DNA of 60,216 nt, from assembly GCA_051252415.1 (NCBI GenBank), contig JBPOGA010000023.1, positions 1-60,216 of the forward strand, in the 5' to 3' direction. This document shows, piece after piece, positions 37,284 through 47,981 of the stretch. The notes below the pieces were generated by a model. It saw only the letters and a list, made by a program, of their open reading frames with translations. It had not been told where the DNA came from and searched no databases. The translations under genes and the position numbers were made by a program. Source of the DNA: Opitutaceae bacterium (GTDB taxonomy: Bacteria > Verrucomicrobiota > Verrucomicrobiia > Opitutales > Coraliomargaritaceae). The stretch's first letter is position 1; each line of letters opens with the position of its first letter.

Positions 37284-38765
37284 CTATTTACGTCCCCGCT
37301 TCTCTAGACGCTCGACGAATTCTTGCATGATAATCATGTAGAGTTCGTCGCCTAGATATTGATCTTCGACGCGATGCTCGATGCTAGGATTGTCATTTAC
37401 TTCGATGACGTAGATGTGGTTATTCCGTTGTTTGATATCTACTCCGTAGAGGCCTTTGCCGATAACGGATGCGGCTTTCAAGGCGGCTTTCAAGACCGCT
37501 GCGGGTGCTTCAAATGTGGGTATGGTCTCGAATCCTCCGGATTGGCTTCGTTTGCTTGAGGAGGCGTGATTATAAATTTGCCAGTGATCGCGAGCCATGA
37601 AGTATTTACAGGCGTAGATCGCACGACCGTTGAGCACGCCAATACGCCAGTCGTAGTCGGTGAATAAATATTCTTGGACGAGTGCTAGGGCAGACTCTTT
37701 GAACATGAGTGCGAGCTTTTCTTCTAACTCAGCACGTGTCTTGACCTTGAAGACTCCGAGCGAAAATGAGCTTTCGGGCATTTTCAGGACGATCGGATAT
37801 GCGAAAGTAGCTTCGATGCGGGTGAGCTCGGCTTCGCTTGAGTTGGAGATGACGAGTGTCTTGGGCGCACTGACGGAGTTGTAGGAAAATGCGTCGTGTA
37901 GAAAGATCTTATTACAGCAGCGCATGATGGAGGTGGCATCATCGATGACGATGAGTCCTTCATTCTCTGCTTTGCGTGCGAGTCGATAGGTGGGGTGATC
38001 GATGCTGGTGGTCTCGCGGATGAACAGAGCGTCGTATTGCGAGACGTGCTTCAGTTGGTCCGAGCGGATTAGTTCGGCGTGGATGCCGTTTTTATCAGCA
38101 GCTTTTACGAAGCGTTTTATGGCTTCAGGGTCGCTGGGGGCTGTGGCTTCGTCCGGGTTATAGAGGATGGCCATGTCCCAGCGATGTTTTCGCCGAACTG
38201 GGCTGCGCCAGACTTGTTCAGTAAAGATCCGTAAACGGTCATAGAATATATTAAGTTCACTCGGGCTTAATTCTGTAGGACTTTCACGTTTGAGTTGGAC
38301 CTTCTTCTTGTTCGCATCGTTGTGGAATGTCACCCGGATAATGGGGGCGGAATATTGCTCAAAAAGTGTTCGGGCGACTTTCCGATTCGCTTCCAGAGGA
38401 GTCCATCCAAAGAATACTAGGATGTCTTCATCCGTCGCGATTGTGCTGTCGGAAGTATTGGTGAAGAGGGCTTTGATCAGTTGGGGTTCCTCTTCATCGT
38501 TTTCCAAAGTGCGCAAATCGTTTATGGTATTTACGCTAGGGAGCACGCGGTGTTGTCGGGATTCCGCGAGGAGGGAGCAGTAATAGCCGCGGCTTAGATA
38601 TTGCTGGGTGTTACATAAGTTAATTATGCGTGTGCGCGGCTCCGCTATCTTTGGGTAATCTGCTAGATACTGGTCGAAAGTAATAACTTCGAGTTGAAGT
38701 TCAGGTAGTTCTAGCTGATCTGTGACGATGAGGGTTTTATACATTTGGTTGTGGTCTGATGCCAC
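37284..38765 (-). CDS. RimK-family ATP-grasp ligase (alpha-L-glutamate ligase-like) with an N-terminal RimK-like ATP-grasp N-terminal (RLAN-type) extension
   Basis: ATP-grasp core: PIVLKMPESSFSLGV, LVQEYLFTDYDWRIGVLNGRAIYACKY, GLYGVDIKQRNNHIYVIEVNDNPSIEH. Long N-terminal domain. It is 14 bp upstream of the GNAT-peptidase gene. Confidence 0.75.
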   Translation of the reverse strand: MASDHNQMYKTLIVTDQLELPELQLEVITFDQYLADYPKIAEPRTRIINLCNTQQYLSRGYYCSLLAESRQHRVLPSVNTINDLRTLENDEEEPQLIKALFTNTSDSTIATDEDILVFFGWTPLEANRKVARTLFEQYSAPIIRVTFHNDANKKKVQLKRESPTELSPSELNIFYDRLRIFTEQVWRSPVRRKHRWDMAILYNPDEATAPSDPEAIKRFVKAADKNGIHAELIRSDQLKHVSQYDALFIRETTSIDHPTYRLARKAENEGLIVIDDATSIMRCCNKIFLHDAFSYNSVSAPKTLVISNSSEAELTRIEATFAYPIVLKMPESSFSLGVFKVKTRAELEEKLALMFKESALALVQEYLFTDYDWRIGVLNGRAIYACKYFMARDHWQIYNHASSSKRSQSGGFETIPTFEAPAAVLKAALKAASVIGKGLYGVDIKQRNNHIYVIEVNDNPSIEHRVEDQYLGDELYMIIMQEFVERLEKRGRK

Positions 38766-38919
38766 TTATTCAAAAATTGCTTAGTGCACGGTCTATTTTA
38801 CCGATTGGAACCAAAAGTCTAATGTATTCTGTAATTGTCGGATTAAATCTCTGTCACCGAGTTGACCACGGGAGGTGCCGTTTAAATGCTATAAAAGTGG
38901 GGCAGGTGCCCTAAATGAA

Positions 38920-41229
38920 TTATACCTTAGGCTCTGTTTGGTTTCTTAGCCGCGCTTGTAGGTGTGTGCGGCGCACTTGTTGGTCGTTGTTGCGAACGGC
39001 CATGGAGTAGGCTTCAATTTGGCCGACGAGGTAGACTTTCGCTTTTGCTCGGGTGATGCCGGTGTAGACTAGATTGCGCTGAAGCATCATGAAATGCTGC
39101 TTGAGGAGTGGAATCACGACTACGGGGTATTCGCTACCCTGGCTTTTGTGAATGCTGATCGCGTAGGCGAGTTGGATTTCGGAGAGTTCGCCTTTGGTAT
39201 ATTCGATGGGTTCGCCAGAAAAGTTGACGGTGAGCCCTGAGCTGTCAGGGGCGATCCCGAGAATGATGCCGGTGTCGCCGTTGAAAATGTTCTTATCGTA
39301 ATTGTTGCGGGTCTGGATGACTTTGTCGCCAATCCGATAAGTGACAGCTCCGTAGGCGAGTTCTGCGGGAAGTGGCTTGCGGGTTTTTTCGCGAAAATGT
39401 GATTGGCGCGCTGGCACGTAGTCAGGGTCAGAGCGTAAGCGTGAGAGTGCTTTCTCCTTACTATTGAGCGCTTGCTGTAGTTCGACGTTGAGTGCGCTAA
39501 TGCCGGCTGTGCCGCGATGCATCGGAGAGAGCACTTGGAGGTCTTTGACGGGATCGCATTTGTGCGCCTTTGGAATGTATTCACGAGTTAAATACGTGAT
39601 GGCTTTGGCGCACTGCTCGGCGTCTTCGACTTCGACGAAAGTGAAGTCGTCGGTGGCATCTAGATCGCGCAGGCTGGTGATGGTTTTTCCAGGATGGGAT
39701 TCACCTTTCAGAATTGCGTGGGCAGTGGTGATAATACCGCTGGTTTCACCTTGGCGAAAGATGGTGTCGAGGCGTGTCACATGAGCGGGTGGAGCTGCCA
39801 TGAGGTCACCGAGGACGTTGCCTGAGCCAACAGCAGGGAGTTGGTCGGCATCGCCAACAAGTAGGAGATGTGCGCTGCTTGGGATGGCTTGGAAAAGACT
39901 GTCGGCGAGACGCGTATCTAGCATGCTGGCCTCGTCGACGATCAGTAGATCGCAGGGGAGTGGGTTGTCGGCGTTATAAACAAAGGTGCGTGTGGCGCCG
40001 TCGTATTTTAACAGGCGGTGTATTGTGCTGGCTTCTGCCCCCGAGGCTTCGGCGAGGCGTTGCGCTGCGCGGCCCGTTGGTGAGGCGAGTTGAATGCGGG
40101 CTCGTTTGGCGCGGAGAATGTCGACGACTGCGCGTAGAATCGTCGTTTTACCTGTGCCTGGTCCGCCTGTGATAATCGCGACCTTGGAGCTGAGTGCCTT
40201 TTTCAGTGCGGCGGATTGTTGGTCGGCAAACGTGAAGCCCGCCTTGTCTTGCGCCCATGCAATAGCCGCATCGAGTTTGATGGGGGGAATTGTTGAGGCG
40301 GTATCGTTGATTCGGTGGAGTGCTTCGGCGATACGTTTCTCTGCGCCAGCGAGTTTGGGGCGCTGGCATGCTGGGCCGAGGACTTGTTGTTTTTCATCGT
40401 AGGCGATGACAGAAAAGAGTGTTTCGCGTTCAATAAGTGCTCGGATGCGTTCCTGAATTAGCTGTGGTTCGACGCCGAGTAGCTGTAGGGCATGCTCGGT
40501 GATCGCTTGCTGGGTGCCGAGCGTGTGCCCGTCGTCTTCGAGTGTTTGCATCGTGTGCACGATGCCTGCGTCGACGCGCTCTTTGGAATTGGTTGGAAAT
40601 CCGAGATTGAGGGCGAGTTTATCCGCAGTCTTGAAGCCGATGCGCTCGATGTCTTCCGCGAGTCGGTAGGGCTCGTCTTGTAGGATACGCTTCGCGCCGC
40701 TGCCGTATTTTTTAACCAGGCGCACGCATTGTGATGGCGTGACGCCATAAGTTTGAAGGAACATCATCACATCGCGGACGGCGGCTTGTTCCTCCCATGC
40801 GGCTTTGATTGATTTGGCGCGACTCTTGCCAATGCCTGGCACTTCGTGGAGGCGGCCGGAGTCTTCGCTGATGACGCGTAGAGTGTCGGCCCCGAAATGA
40901 TCGACGATCTTCTTGGCGTAGGATTTACCGATGCCGTGCACCATGCCGCTACCTAGATATTTGCGAATGCCGTGGATCGAGGCGGGGAGTTGCGACTTAA
41001 AATTGGCAATTTTGAATTGATCGCCGTGAGTGGCGTGGCGTGTCCATTCGCCATTGAGCTTGAGCGTCTCGCCACACTGCACGCCTGGCAGGTTGCCAAG
41101 GACTGTGACTGGTTGCTTGCCTTCGGCGACAGCGACTTCGGCGACGCAGTAGGCATTCTCTTCGTTGAAGAAGATAATACGCTCTAATACGCCGGTGATG
41201 CTTTGGTCGCTATTTGGGGAGTGGGCCAT
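38920..41229 (-). CDS. recD2: ATP-dependent RecD-like DNA helicase (RecD2 family)
   Basis: N-terminal OB/HhH regions. Walker A GGPGTGKTT. DEASM Walker B. C-terminal UvrD-like helicase motifs (VSPMHRGTAG, SIHKSQGSE). Confidence 0.8.
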   Translation of the reverse strand: MAHSPNSDQSITGVLERIIFFNEENAYCVAEVAVAEGKQPVTVLGNLPGVQCGETLKLNGEWTRHATHGDQFKIANFKSQLPASIHGIRKYLGSGMVHGIGKSYAKKIVDHFGADTLRVISEDSGRLHEVPGIGKSRAKSIKAAWEEQAAVRDVMMFLQTYGVTPSQCVRLVKKYGSGAKRILQDEPYRLAEDIERIGFKTADKLALNLGFPTNSKERVDAGIVHTMQTLEDDGHTLGTQQAITEHALQLLGVEPQLIQERIRALIERETLFSVIAYDEKQQVLGPACQRPKLAGAEKRIAEALHRINDTASTIPPIKLDAAIAWAQDKAGFTFADQQSAALKKALSSKVAIITGGPGTGKTTILRAVVDILRAKRARIQLASPTGRAAQRLAEASGAEASTIHRLLKYDGATRTFVYNADNPLPCDLLIVDEASMLDTRLADSLFQAIPSSAHLLLVGDADQLPAVGSGNVLGDLMAAPPAHVTRLDTIFRQGETSGIITTAHAILKGESHPGKTITSLRDLDATDDFTFVEVEDAEQCAKAITYLTREYIPKAHKCDPVKDLQVLSPMHRGTAGISALNVELQQALNSKEKALSRLRSDPDYVPARQSHFREKTRKPLPAELAYGAVTYRIGDKVIQTRNNYDKNIFNGDTGIILGIAPDSSGLTVNFSGEPIEYTKGELSEIQLAYAISIHKSQGSEYPVVVIPLLKQHFMMLQRNLVYTGITRAKAKVYLVGQIEAYSMAVRNNDQQVRRTHLQARLRNQTEPKV

Positions 41230-41377
41230 GGTTCTCTCTTAGTGCTAAGCGTGCGAAGGTGAAGGTCAATGCGGTCCTTGTTTTTGGCACGAAAAAGCCC
41301 TCGTTGTGTCGCGAGGGCTATAGAAAAGGCTATTGGCATGCAATCCGTGCGCCTGTGTTTTAGGGCTCTGCAGAACT

Positions 41378-41986
41378 TTAACCTTTACCGAGTGAAAACT
41401 CTGCTTTGGCGGTGGCAGATGGACCAGTTGCGCCGAAGTTGCCAATTAGACCTGCATTCGCGATGTTTAAGCGCACATGAATATAGCGTGTCTCAATTTC
41501 TGGAAATGTAGCCGATGGTATGACACCATTGTTAAACTTAATTTTTTGGGTCAGTTTTACCCACTGATTACTTTCAATCGGTTCTAAGGTGCTAGAGGCT
41601 GCGAGGCTAAAACTACCACCTGCGCTTTGGTTATTTAGGAAAAAGCGTGAAACACGCATGAACTGTCCTAAATCGATTATAAAGTCGTGGTGGCCTTGGT
41701 CTATCTTGTAGGTCAGAGCGGAATTATCGCTTAGGAAGATCGATTCCTCAAAGTAGCCGACATCAGGGATTTGAACACGTTGAAATTTTTCGTCTTTAAT
41801 TAAAACCAAGGTAGCTCCCATATGCCAACGTGCTAAATTTTTTTGTATTCGCTGATGGTCGTGTGGGCTCGTTTTAGATTCAACAGAGTCGTCAGAAACT
41901 GCGTAGTTTGCTGGAGCCGTGAGGATAATGCCTGCAAATAGGAGCCTGTGGCGCCATTTACTTAGTATGGTCGTCGCTGTGCGCAT
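41378..41986 (-). CDS. Hypothetical secreted protein
   Basis: Signal-peptide-like N-terminus (RLLFAGIILTAPANYA). No recognised domain. Confidence 0.45.
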   Translation of the reverse strand: MRTATTILSKWRHRLLFAGIILTAPANYAVSDDSVESKTSPHDHQRIQKNLARWHMGATLVLIKDEKFQRVQIPDVGYFEESIFLSDNSALTYKIDQGHHDFIIDLGQFMRVSRFFLNNQSAGGSFSLAASSTLEPIESNQWVKLTQKIKFNNGVIPSATFPEIETRYIHVRLNIANAGLIGNFGATGPSATAKAEFSLGKG

Positions 41987-42346
41987 TGTGTAGGGTAAAT
42001 CCGTAGTTCTGGGGGGGTGTATCTGCTAAAATATAGCCTGTTTGCTACTTGGTGCAATCATCTTTTAGGCATATCCTCTTCGGCGCTGGATCCGCTTTGT
42101 TGACGTTGGTTGAGTTGAACAATGCTTGTTAAATAGACTTGGTGATTAAAGCTGGCGATATGGTAATTGTAGATGAGAGAATGATCAGCTTTACTGATTG
42201 ATCGTATTCAAATGGTCTGCATAGATTTCCATATTACCAATACAAGTGAAATTTACATGGATGATCTATTTCAAGATGACAACATATTCAAAGCGTAACG
42301 AGGGAGCTGTGACTAGTGCATAGGCTGGCCGACGCGAATTATAATT

Positions 42347-44860
42347 ATGGACTCAGGTTCGGGTAAACGTCGTCGATCATCATCGAGTAGTCGAAGTCGA
42401 GGTCGAAGTCGTTCAAAGGGGGAGAGGTCTAAGAAGTCACGCTCGATTAAAAGCATGAGCTCATCTTTTGCTCCTGCCCCTTTACCGTCGCGTTCGACTT
42501 TAAAATTACCAAGTCAGAAGGCGGAAAAGCCCATCTGGCGTGCTTACTTGTTAGGTTTTATCGGTGTCGTGGTGCTCGTTCTATTTGGTGGGAGTCACAA
42601 TGTATTAGCATTAGGTGTTTCGCTGATCTTACCGGGGGTAGCGCTTTTTCTTCGGCCGCCTGAGAGTGGCTTGGGTAAGCGTGTCGACTTCGCCGTAGTT
42701 GGCTTTGTGGCATGTCTGCTGTTTGCCTTTGTGCCTCCGTTGTTTTGGAGTTCGCCGAATTGGCGTGCCCAAGCGGCGCAAGATTTTGGGATCGATTTAC
42801 CGTCTATATTGAGTGTGCAACCATGGGTCAGTTTGGAAGCATGCTTTATGGCAGTCGCAGGTCTTGCATGGTTTTATGCGGCAACCAGCTGGTCGATCAA
42901 TGCGAGTGGTCGTAAGCGGCTGTTTGTTGTGATGAGCTTTGTGGTTGCAGGGCTTGCGAGTTTTGTGATCTGGGGAAATCTTTACGGGTTTCGCTATCCG
43001 GGCGCAGAGGAGTCGCAAGTTTTTAGCTTTTTCGAAAATCAAAATCTAACTGCAAATTTTCTCGTGCTCGCAGGTGTTGCGAGTTTTGCATTTACCATAG
43101 AGGGGCTGCGTGGGCGTAAGCTTCTGTATTTGATTGGAGCAGCGGCGGGTGGTCTTTGCCTCGCGGCTCTGATCCTGAGTAATTGTCGTTCAGGTGTATT
43201 TTTATTTTTTACCGGTATTGGAGTGTGGTTCTTAACACGGTTGCGTGCAAAATCAGTGCCGAAATTATTTAAAGTCTGGTTTCCGCTGGTGTTAATCGCA
43301 TTCAGTGCAGTGATCGTTAGTAATAGTGGGTCCGTTACACGTATAAAAAACTTTCTGACGGCACCGACCGCATGGGAGCAAGAAAACCGCGCCTTGATTT
43401 ACCAGGACTCGCTAGGAATGTTCACGGATGCACCTATTTTTGGACATGGAGTGGGGACATTCGCAGCAGTTTTTCCGCAGTATCGTGAACATTCTCGTCA
43501 TTTTCAGGCGGCGCTACATCCCGAGAGCGATGTGTTCTGGTTAGTCAGTGAAGTGGGCTTACTTGGTACGGGGCTCTTCATTTGGTTTATAGTGAGTTAC
43601 TTTTTGAAGTGCCGTGGATTAAGTTATGGGCGATCTGGAGCATATCGTATCATCGCATTTGTAGCAGTTGTCATATTTTGTATACACTCCTTGGTGGATG
43701 TCCCCGGGCATCACCCAGGAACTGTTTATTTTGCAATACTGTTTGCCGCACTTGCCTTGCCGACTTCGTCTCATGAGCCATCAAAATTGAAGCCTGTAAT
43801 TTGGCGTGGTCTTGGAGTCGTATTGGTCTTGATGGGGAGTGTTTGGTTTGTCTCTGGTCTCTTTAATACGCCCTGGCATTCCAGTGTCGCAAAATCACTT
43901 CACAAGCAAAACGCAGAGGAATACTCGAGTGGTAAAGATTACAAATCTGCGATCTTCAGTATAGACTCAGTCATTTCAAGCCATCCACTGGATTGGCAGA
44001 GTTACTTTTCCCGGGCTCAATTGCGGATCGCTTCTACTGGAGAAGGTGCTGAAGTCGACGCGGACTTTAGGCGTGCCCGATTTGTTGAACCGACTTTGGG
44101 TCAATTCTGCGTAGAAGAAGGTTTCATTTGGCTTCCATATGATAAAGATCGTGCCGTTTCGGCGTGGGAAGAAGCCCTTTCCAGTGAACTTGAGGACAAG
44201 GAGGAAACTTACTTGCGGTTTTTACAGGCTGGAACTGAAGACCCAGATTTAATGCCGCGATTGGTGGAACTTTCTAAAGTTGGTCCCGAGTATCGGGCCA
44301 AGATTTTTGCTTTTTTGAGAGGTCAACAGTTCATCGATGAATTGGAGCATGAGTTAGCGATTGATCCTGTATTGGGGCATTTTAGTGAGCAGCAGCGAGA
44401 GGAGATCATTAAGGCTTGGATATGGTTCGGAGATTTGGATTCCGTGCAGGCATTTATTCAACGGCATGAAATGGAGCTCGAAGACGCTTGGTGGTTCTGG
44501 TCGTTGATTATGAAGGAACGAGCCGATTTTTCGGCGGCCGTAGATTATGCACGTGAGAATATGCCTATTCCAGAGATTCCGAAGGTAAGCATGGCAGAGG
44601 CTACTCTGACACGTTTGTCTAGAGAGTTCGCCGTGATGCCTAGCGATGTGGCTAAGGGCACAGCATTGTTGAGCCAATATATCGATAAAGAGAACTATGA
44701 TAGTGCTCTCGATGTGGCCGATGCGATTTTGATGGTGCGCAATCCGCCAGCATATATTTATTATTGGCGTGCCGAAGTTTTATACCAGTTAGGCCGTAAT
44801 CTGGAGAGCTGGAATTCTTTTAATGCCTACATGGAGGCGACTCAAGCCGATGAAGATTAG
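42347..44860 (+). CDS. O-antigen ligase (Wzy_C/WaaL)-family polytopic membrane protein with an N-terminal Arg/Ser-rich low-complexity region and a C-terminal TPR-like domain
   Basis: About 10 TM helices. Wzy_C-like loop FGHGVGTFAAVFPQYRE...H. The C-terminal 300 aa are soluble and helical. The N-terminal RRRSSSSSRSRGRSRSKGERSKKSRS is encoded by a short hexamer-like repeat (tcgaag/tcgagg). Confidence 0.6.
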   Translation: MDSGSGKRRRSSSSSRSRGRSRSKGERSKKSRSIKSMSSSFAPAPLPSRSTLKLPSQKAEKPIWRAYLLGFIGVVVLVLFGGSHNVLALGVSLILPGVALFLRPPESGLGKRVDFAVVGFVACLLFAFVPPLFWSSPNWRAQAAQDFGIDLPSILSVQPWVSLEACFMAVAGLAWFYAATSWSINASGRKRLFVVMSFVVAGLASFVIWGNLYGFRYPGAEESQVFSFFENQNLTANFLVLAGVASFAFTIEGLRGRKLLYLIGAAAGGLCLAALILSNCRSGVFLFFTGIGVWFLTRLRAKSVPKLFKVWFPLVLIAFSAVIVSNSGSVTRIKNFLTAPTAWEQENRALIYQDSLGMFTDAPIFGHGVGTFAAVFPQYREHSRHFQAALHPESDVFWLVSEVGLLGTGLFIWFIVSYFLKCRGLSYGRSGAYRIIAFVAVVIFCIHSLVDVPGHHPGTVYFAILFAALALPTSSHEPSKLKPVIWRGLGVVLVLMGSVWFVSGLFNTPWHSSVAKSLHKQNAEEYSSGKDYKSAIFSIDSVISSHPLDWQSYFSRAQLRIASTGEGAEVDADFRRARFVEPTLGQFCVEEGFIWLPYDKDRAVSAWEEALSSELEDKEETYLRFLQAGTEDPDLMPRLVELSKVGPEYRAKIFAFLRGQQFIDELEHELAIDPVLGHFSEQQREEIIKAWIWFGDLDSVQAFIQRHEMELEDAWWFWSLIMKERADFSAAVDYARENMPIPEIPKVSMAEATLTRLSREFAVMPSDVAKGTALLSQYIDKENYDSALDVADAILMVRNPPAYIYYWRAEVLYQLGRNLESWNSFNAYMEATQADED

Positions 44861-44894
44861 CTGCCTCCTAGAAAGAAGCGCATAAAATCACCAA

Positions 44895-45164
44895 TTAGCG
44901 GCTGAGCATACCGATCGCATTGATGCTCTCGTAGACGAGCCAACCAAAAATAGCCAGCAAGGTGAAGGTGATCAGTAACTGTATTCCACGCCGACGGCGG
45001 TTTGGTAGGTCAAAACGATCAAAAGTCCTTCCGCGAACGGTTGTTTGGCTAAGATAACTACCAAGAGTCATCTTATTTCCACTGCTGTTTTGACCTTCTG
45101 GCAGCTTGAAAGAGCGGGCCCGTTGGGAGCGATTGTAGCGCCATTTATAATAAGTTTTAAACAT
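44895..45164 (-). CDS. Small hypothetical membrane protein (89 aa)
   Basis: Single TM (LLITFTLLAIFGWLVY). Weak support. Confidence 0.3.
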   Translation of the reverse strand: MFKTYYKWRYNRSQRARSFKLPEGQNSSGNKMTLGSYLSQTTVRGRTFDRFDLPNRRRRGIQLLITFTLLAIFGWLVYESINAIGMLSR

Positions 45165-45274
45165 TCAGTAGTCGGTGCTTCTTTAATCGGATGAAGACTA
45201 AGAGTTGTCAAATCCAAGAACCACACACACAGTGTTTTTTTCTATAAAATTGGAGTTCCAATATTTCGTCTTCA

Positions 45275-46051
45275 GTGAGCACTACTACACAAACTATTTC
45301 ACGACTCAAAGGGCAGCGACCGATCGTCGCAGTGACCGCATATGATGCAGTCATGGCGAGCTACGCCGATGCTGCTGGAGTCGATATAATCTTGGTCGGC
45401 GATTCCGTCGGCACGACTCAGCTAGGTTTTGAATCTACTGTGCCGGTCACATTGGATATGATGGTGCATCACACTGCGGCAGTTGCGCGGGCGAAGCCTA
45501 AGGCCTTGCTCGTTGCGGACATCCCTTTTGGCGTCGCACACGACGAATTTGGAGTGTTGCTCGATGCCTGCCGCCGTCTAATGCAAGAGGGTGGTGCTCA
45601 GGCGATTAAAATTGAAGGTGACGCATCGATGGCACCTACAGTAGAGCGATTGACTCGTGCTGGTGTCCCAGTGCTTGGGCATTTCGGATTACTTCCACAG
45701 AATTTCCATCAACTCGGAGGTTACCGCAAGTTCGGCCGTAATAAGGTAGAGAAGGCTCGTCTGCTCGACGACGCCCTAGCATTTGAAGGAGCCAATTGCT
45801 TTGCCGTGCTATGTGAGATGACCGACGCACCCACCGCAGGCTTGATCGCGGCAAAATTGAAAGTTCCTTTGATTGGAATCGGCAGTGGCGTTGAGTGTGA
45901 TGGCCAGATATTAGTTTCCAACGACTTACTCGGTATGACCGCCGGCTACGTCCCTTCTTTTGTTAAGCAATATGCCAAACTCGGTGAAGCCACGCGCAAA
46001 GCATTTGCCGCGTATGCCGACGATGTGCGCAACCGTAAATTTCCTTCATGA
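45275..46051 (+). CDS. panB: 3-methyl-2-oxobutanoate hydroxymethyltransferase PanB
   Basis: PanB signature ([11 protein letters not shown]...[12 protein letters not shown]...VADIPFG...IKIEGD...GHFGLLPQ). Confidence 0.9.
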   Translation: MSTTTQTISRLKGQRPIVAVTAYDAVMASYADAAGVDIILVGDSVGTTQLGFESTVPVTLDMMVHHTAAVARAKPKALLVADIPFGVAHDEFGVLLDACRRLMQEGGAQAIKIEGDASMAPTVERLTRAGVPVLGHFGLLPQNFHQLGGYRKFGRNKVEKARLLDDALAFEGANCFAVLCEMTDAPTAGLIAAKLKVPLIGIGSGVECDGQILVSNDLLGMTAGYVPSFVKQYAKLGEATRKAFAAYADDVRNRKFPS

Positions 46052-47046
46052 ATTGTTGTATTTTAGGAGCTGGTGCCTGGGGCACTGCCATGGCATTACA
46101 TCTCGATCGTTGTGGTCACTCAGTCACATTGGTGCCGCGCCGTATGGAGCACGCGCTCGCGATTGCTTCTTCGCGTGAAAATGTCGATTACTTGCCCGGC
46201 TATAAACTGCCGCATCGTATTCAGATCGGCTGTGAAGTCGCACCTGTCTTGATGGAAGCAGAAGCAGTCTTTCTTGCCTGTCCATCGAAGGCCCTGCGTC
46301 CATTGTGCGAAAGTTTACGTGAGGGCGTCTCAGAGGCATGGCAACTCAAACTCTTCGTGGTCATGTGCAAGGGCCTAGAGCTCGAAACGTTTAAGACGCC
46401 AGCTGAGATCGTGAATGAAATTTTTCCCGAGATCGCATGTGGTGTTTTGTCCGGTCCAACCTTCGCAGGTGAAGTAGCTGCGGGTAAGCCGACGGCCGTT
46501 TCTTTTGCGGTTGATGCAGGTTTTACGGATGCAGAAAGTTACCAGCAGGCTTTTAGCAATGCATCGCTACGCGCCTATCTCTCAAGAGATGTGCGAGGCA
46601 CCGAGCTCGGTGGAACCTTGAAAAATATCTATGCAATCGCTTCAGGGCTGTGCGACGGACTTAAGCTCGGGGATAATGCCAAAGCAGCCTTACTCACACG
46701 CAGCCTGAACGAACTCGTGAAACTCGGTGTCATGCTAGGAGGTCAGGAAGAAACATTTTTTGGTCTTAGTGGATTTGGAGATTTGGTCGCAACTTGCTCA
46801 GGAAGTTGGAGCCGCAATCGCACCTTCGGTGAACGTGTAGGCAAGGGCGAAGCACCCGCAGACATTATCTCTGGTCAAAAAAGCGTGGTTGAAGGCTATC
46901 GTGCTACAGACTGCTTGAAGCGACTCTGCGAAGAGAAAGGCGTCGATGCACCGATCCTCTCACAGATCTATGCGATTTGCTATGAAGCCCAGAATCCACT
47001 CGAAGCGCTGCAAGCATTGATGAGCCGCGATCTGAAAAGTGAGTAA
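46048..47046 (+). CDS. gpsA: NAD(P)H-dependent glycerol-3-phosphate dehydrogenase GpsA
   Basis: N-terminal GAGAWGTA Rossmann motif. GpsA core ([21 protein letters not shown]). It overlaps the panB stop by 4 bp. Confidence 0.9.
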   Translation: MNCCILGAGAWGTAMALHLDRCGHSVTLVPRRMEHALAIASSRENVDYLPGYKLPHRIQIGCEVAPVLMEAEAVFLACPSKALRPLCESLREGVSEAWQLKLFVVMCKGLELETFKTPAEIVNEIFPEIACGVLSGPTFAGEVAAGKPTAVSFAVDAGFTDAESYQQAFSNASLRAYLSRDVRGTELGGTLKNIYAIASGLCDGLKLGDNAKAALLTRSLNELVKLGVMLGGQEETFFGLSGFGDLVATCSGSWSRNRTFGERVGKGEAPADIISGQKSVVEGYRATDCLKRLCEEKGVDAPILSQIYAICYEAQNPLEALQALMSRDLKSE

Positions 47047-47086
47047 TTGTTTAACTATTATCTATTAGTCATTACGAATTTCTACC

Positions 47087-47929
47087 ATGCCCGAACTCCT
47101 AAAAGTCTCTGATCTGAAGATCGCGTTTCATTCACGCGGTCAATTCAATGAGGTCGTTAAAGGTATTAATTTCTCAATCGAAAGTGGCGGTAAGACCGTC
47201 GCGATTCTCGGTGAGAGTGGCAGTGGCAAGAGTGTTACCTGTTTATCGCTCACACGTCTCTTGCCCGAGCCACCGACCTGCACAGTGAGTGGGCAGATTC
47301 TTTTTGAAGGTAAAGATGTCCTCACTATGGGGGCCGATGCGATTCGTGGGGTGCGCGGCAATGGTATTGCTTATATTTTTCAAGAAGCCTCGGCTTCACT
47401 GAATCCCGTTTTCACTGTTGGCTATCAGGTCGCGGAGGCTGTTAAGTTGCATCGCCCCGATATTTCAGATGTCAAAGCGCGTGTTATCGAACTACTCGAC
47501 CTCGTTGGTATTCGCGATGCCGAGAAACGTTTTAAGGCCTATCCACATGAGATGAGTGGCGGTATGCAGCAACGTGTCATGATCGCCATGGCACTTGCCT
47601 GTGAGCCAAAGCTACTCGTCGCTGACGAACCGACCACCGCACTCGATGTGACGATTCAAGCGCAGATTATGGATTTGCTTCGCGACCTACGCGAACGCCT
47701 GGGTATGAGTATCGCGTTAATTACACACAACTTTGGTATTGTGAAAGGCTTCGCCGACGAAGTGATCGTCATGTATCGCGGCGAGATAGTAGAGCAAGGC
47801 CCAGTTGATGATGTATTAAACAATCCACAGCATCCATATACGAAGGCGTTGATTGCCTGTATCCCGAAGCTCGGTGTGAAACAGCATCGATTGACCACCA
47901 TCGATAAAGAGATGGCTGCGGTGGATTAG
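47087..47929 (+). CDS. ABC transporter ATP-binding protein (peptide/nickel DppD/OppD-like family)
   Basis: Walker A GESGSGKS. Signature MSGGMQQRV. Walker B LLVADEPTTALD. H-loop ITHN. Confidence 0.8.
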   Translation: MPELLKVSDLKIAFHSRGQFNEVVKGINFSIESGGKTVAILGESGSGKSVTCLSLTRLLPEPPTCTVSGQILFEGKDVLTMGADAIRGVRGNGIAYIFQEASASLNPVFTVGYQVAEAVKLHRPDISDVKARVIELLDLVGIRDAEKRFKAYPHEMSGGMQQRVMIAMALACEPKLLVADEPTTALDVTIQAQIMDLLRDLRERLGMSIALITHNFGIVKGFADEVIVMYRGEIVEQGPVDDVLNNPQHPYTKALIACIPKLGVKQHRLTTIDKEMAAVD

Positions 47930-47981
47930 TGAGCTGCGTGATATTTGAGTGTTGTAAGATTTATGAGTCTTCACTTGAAAC

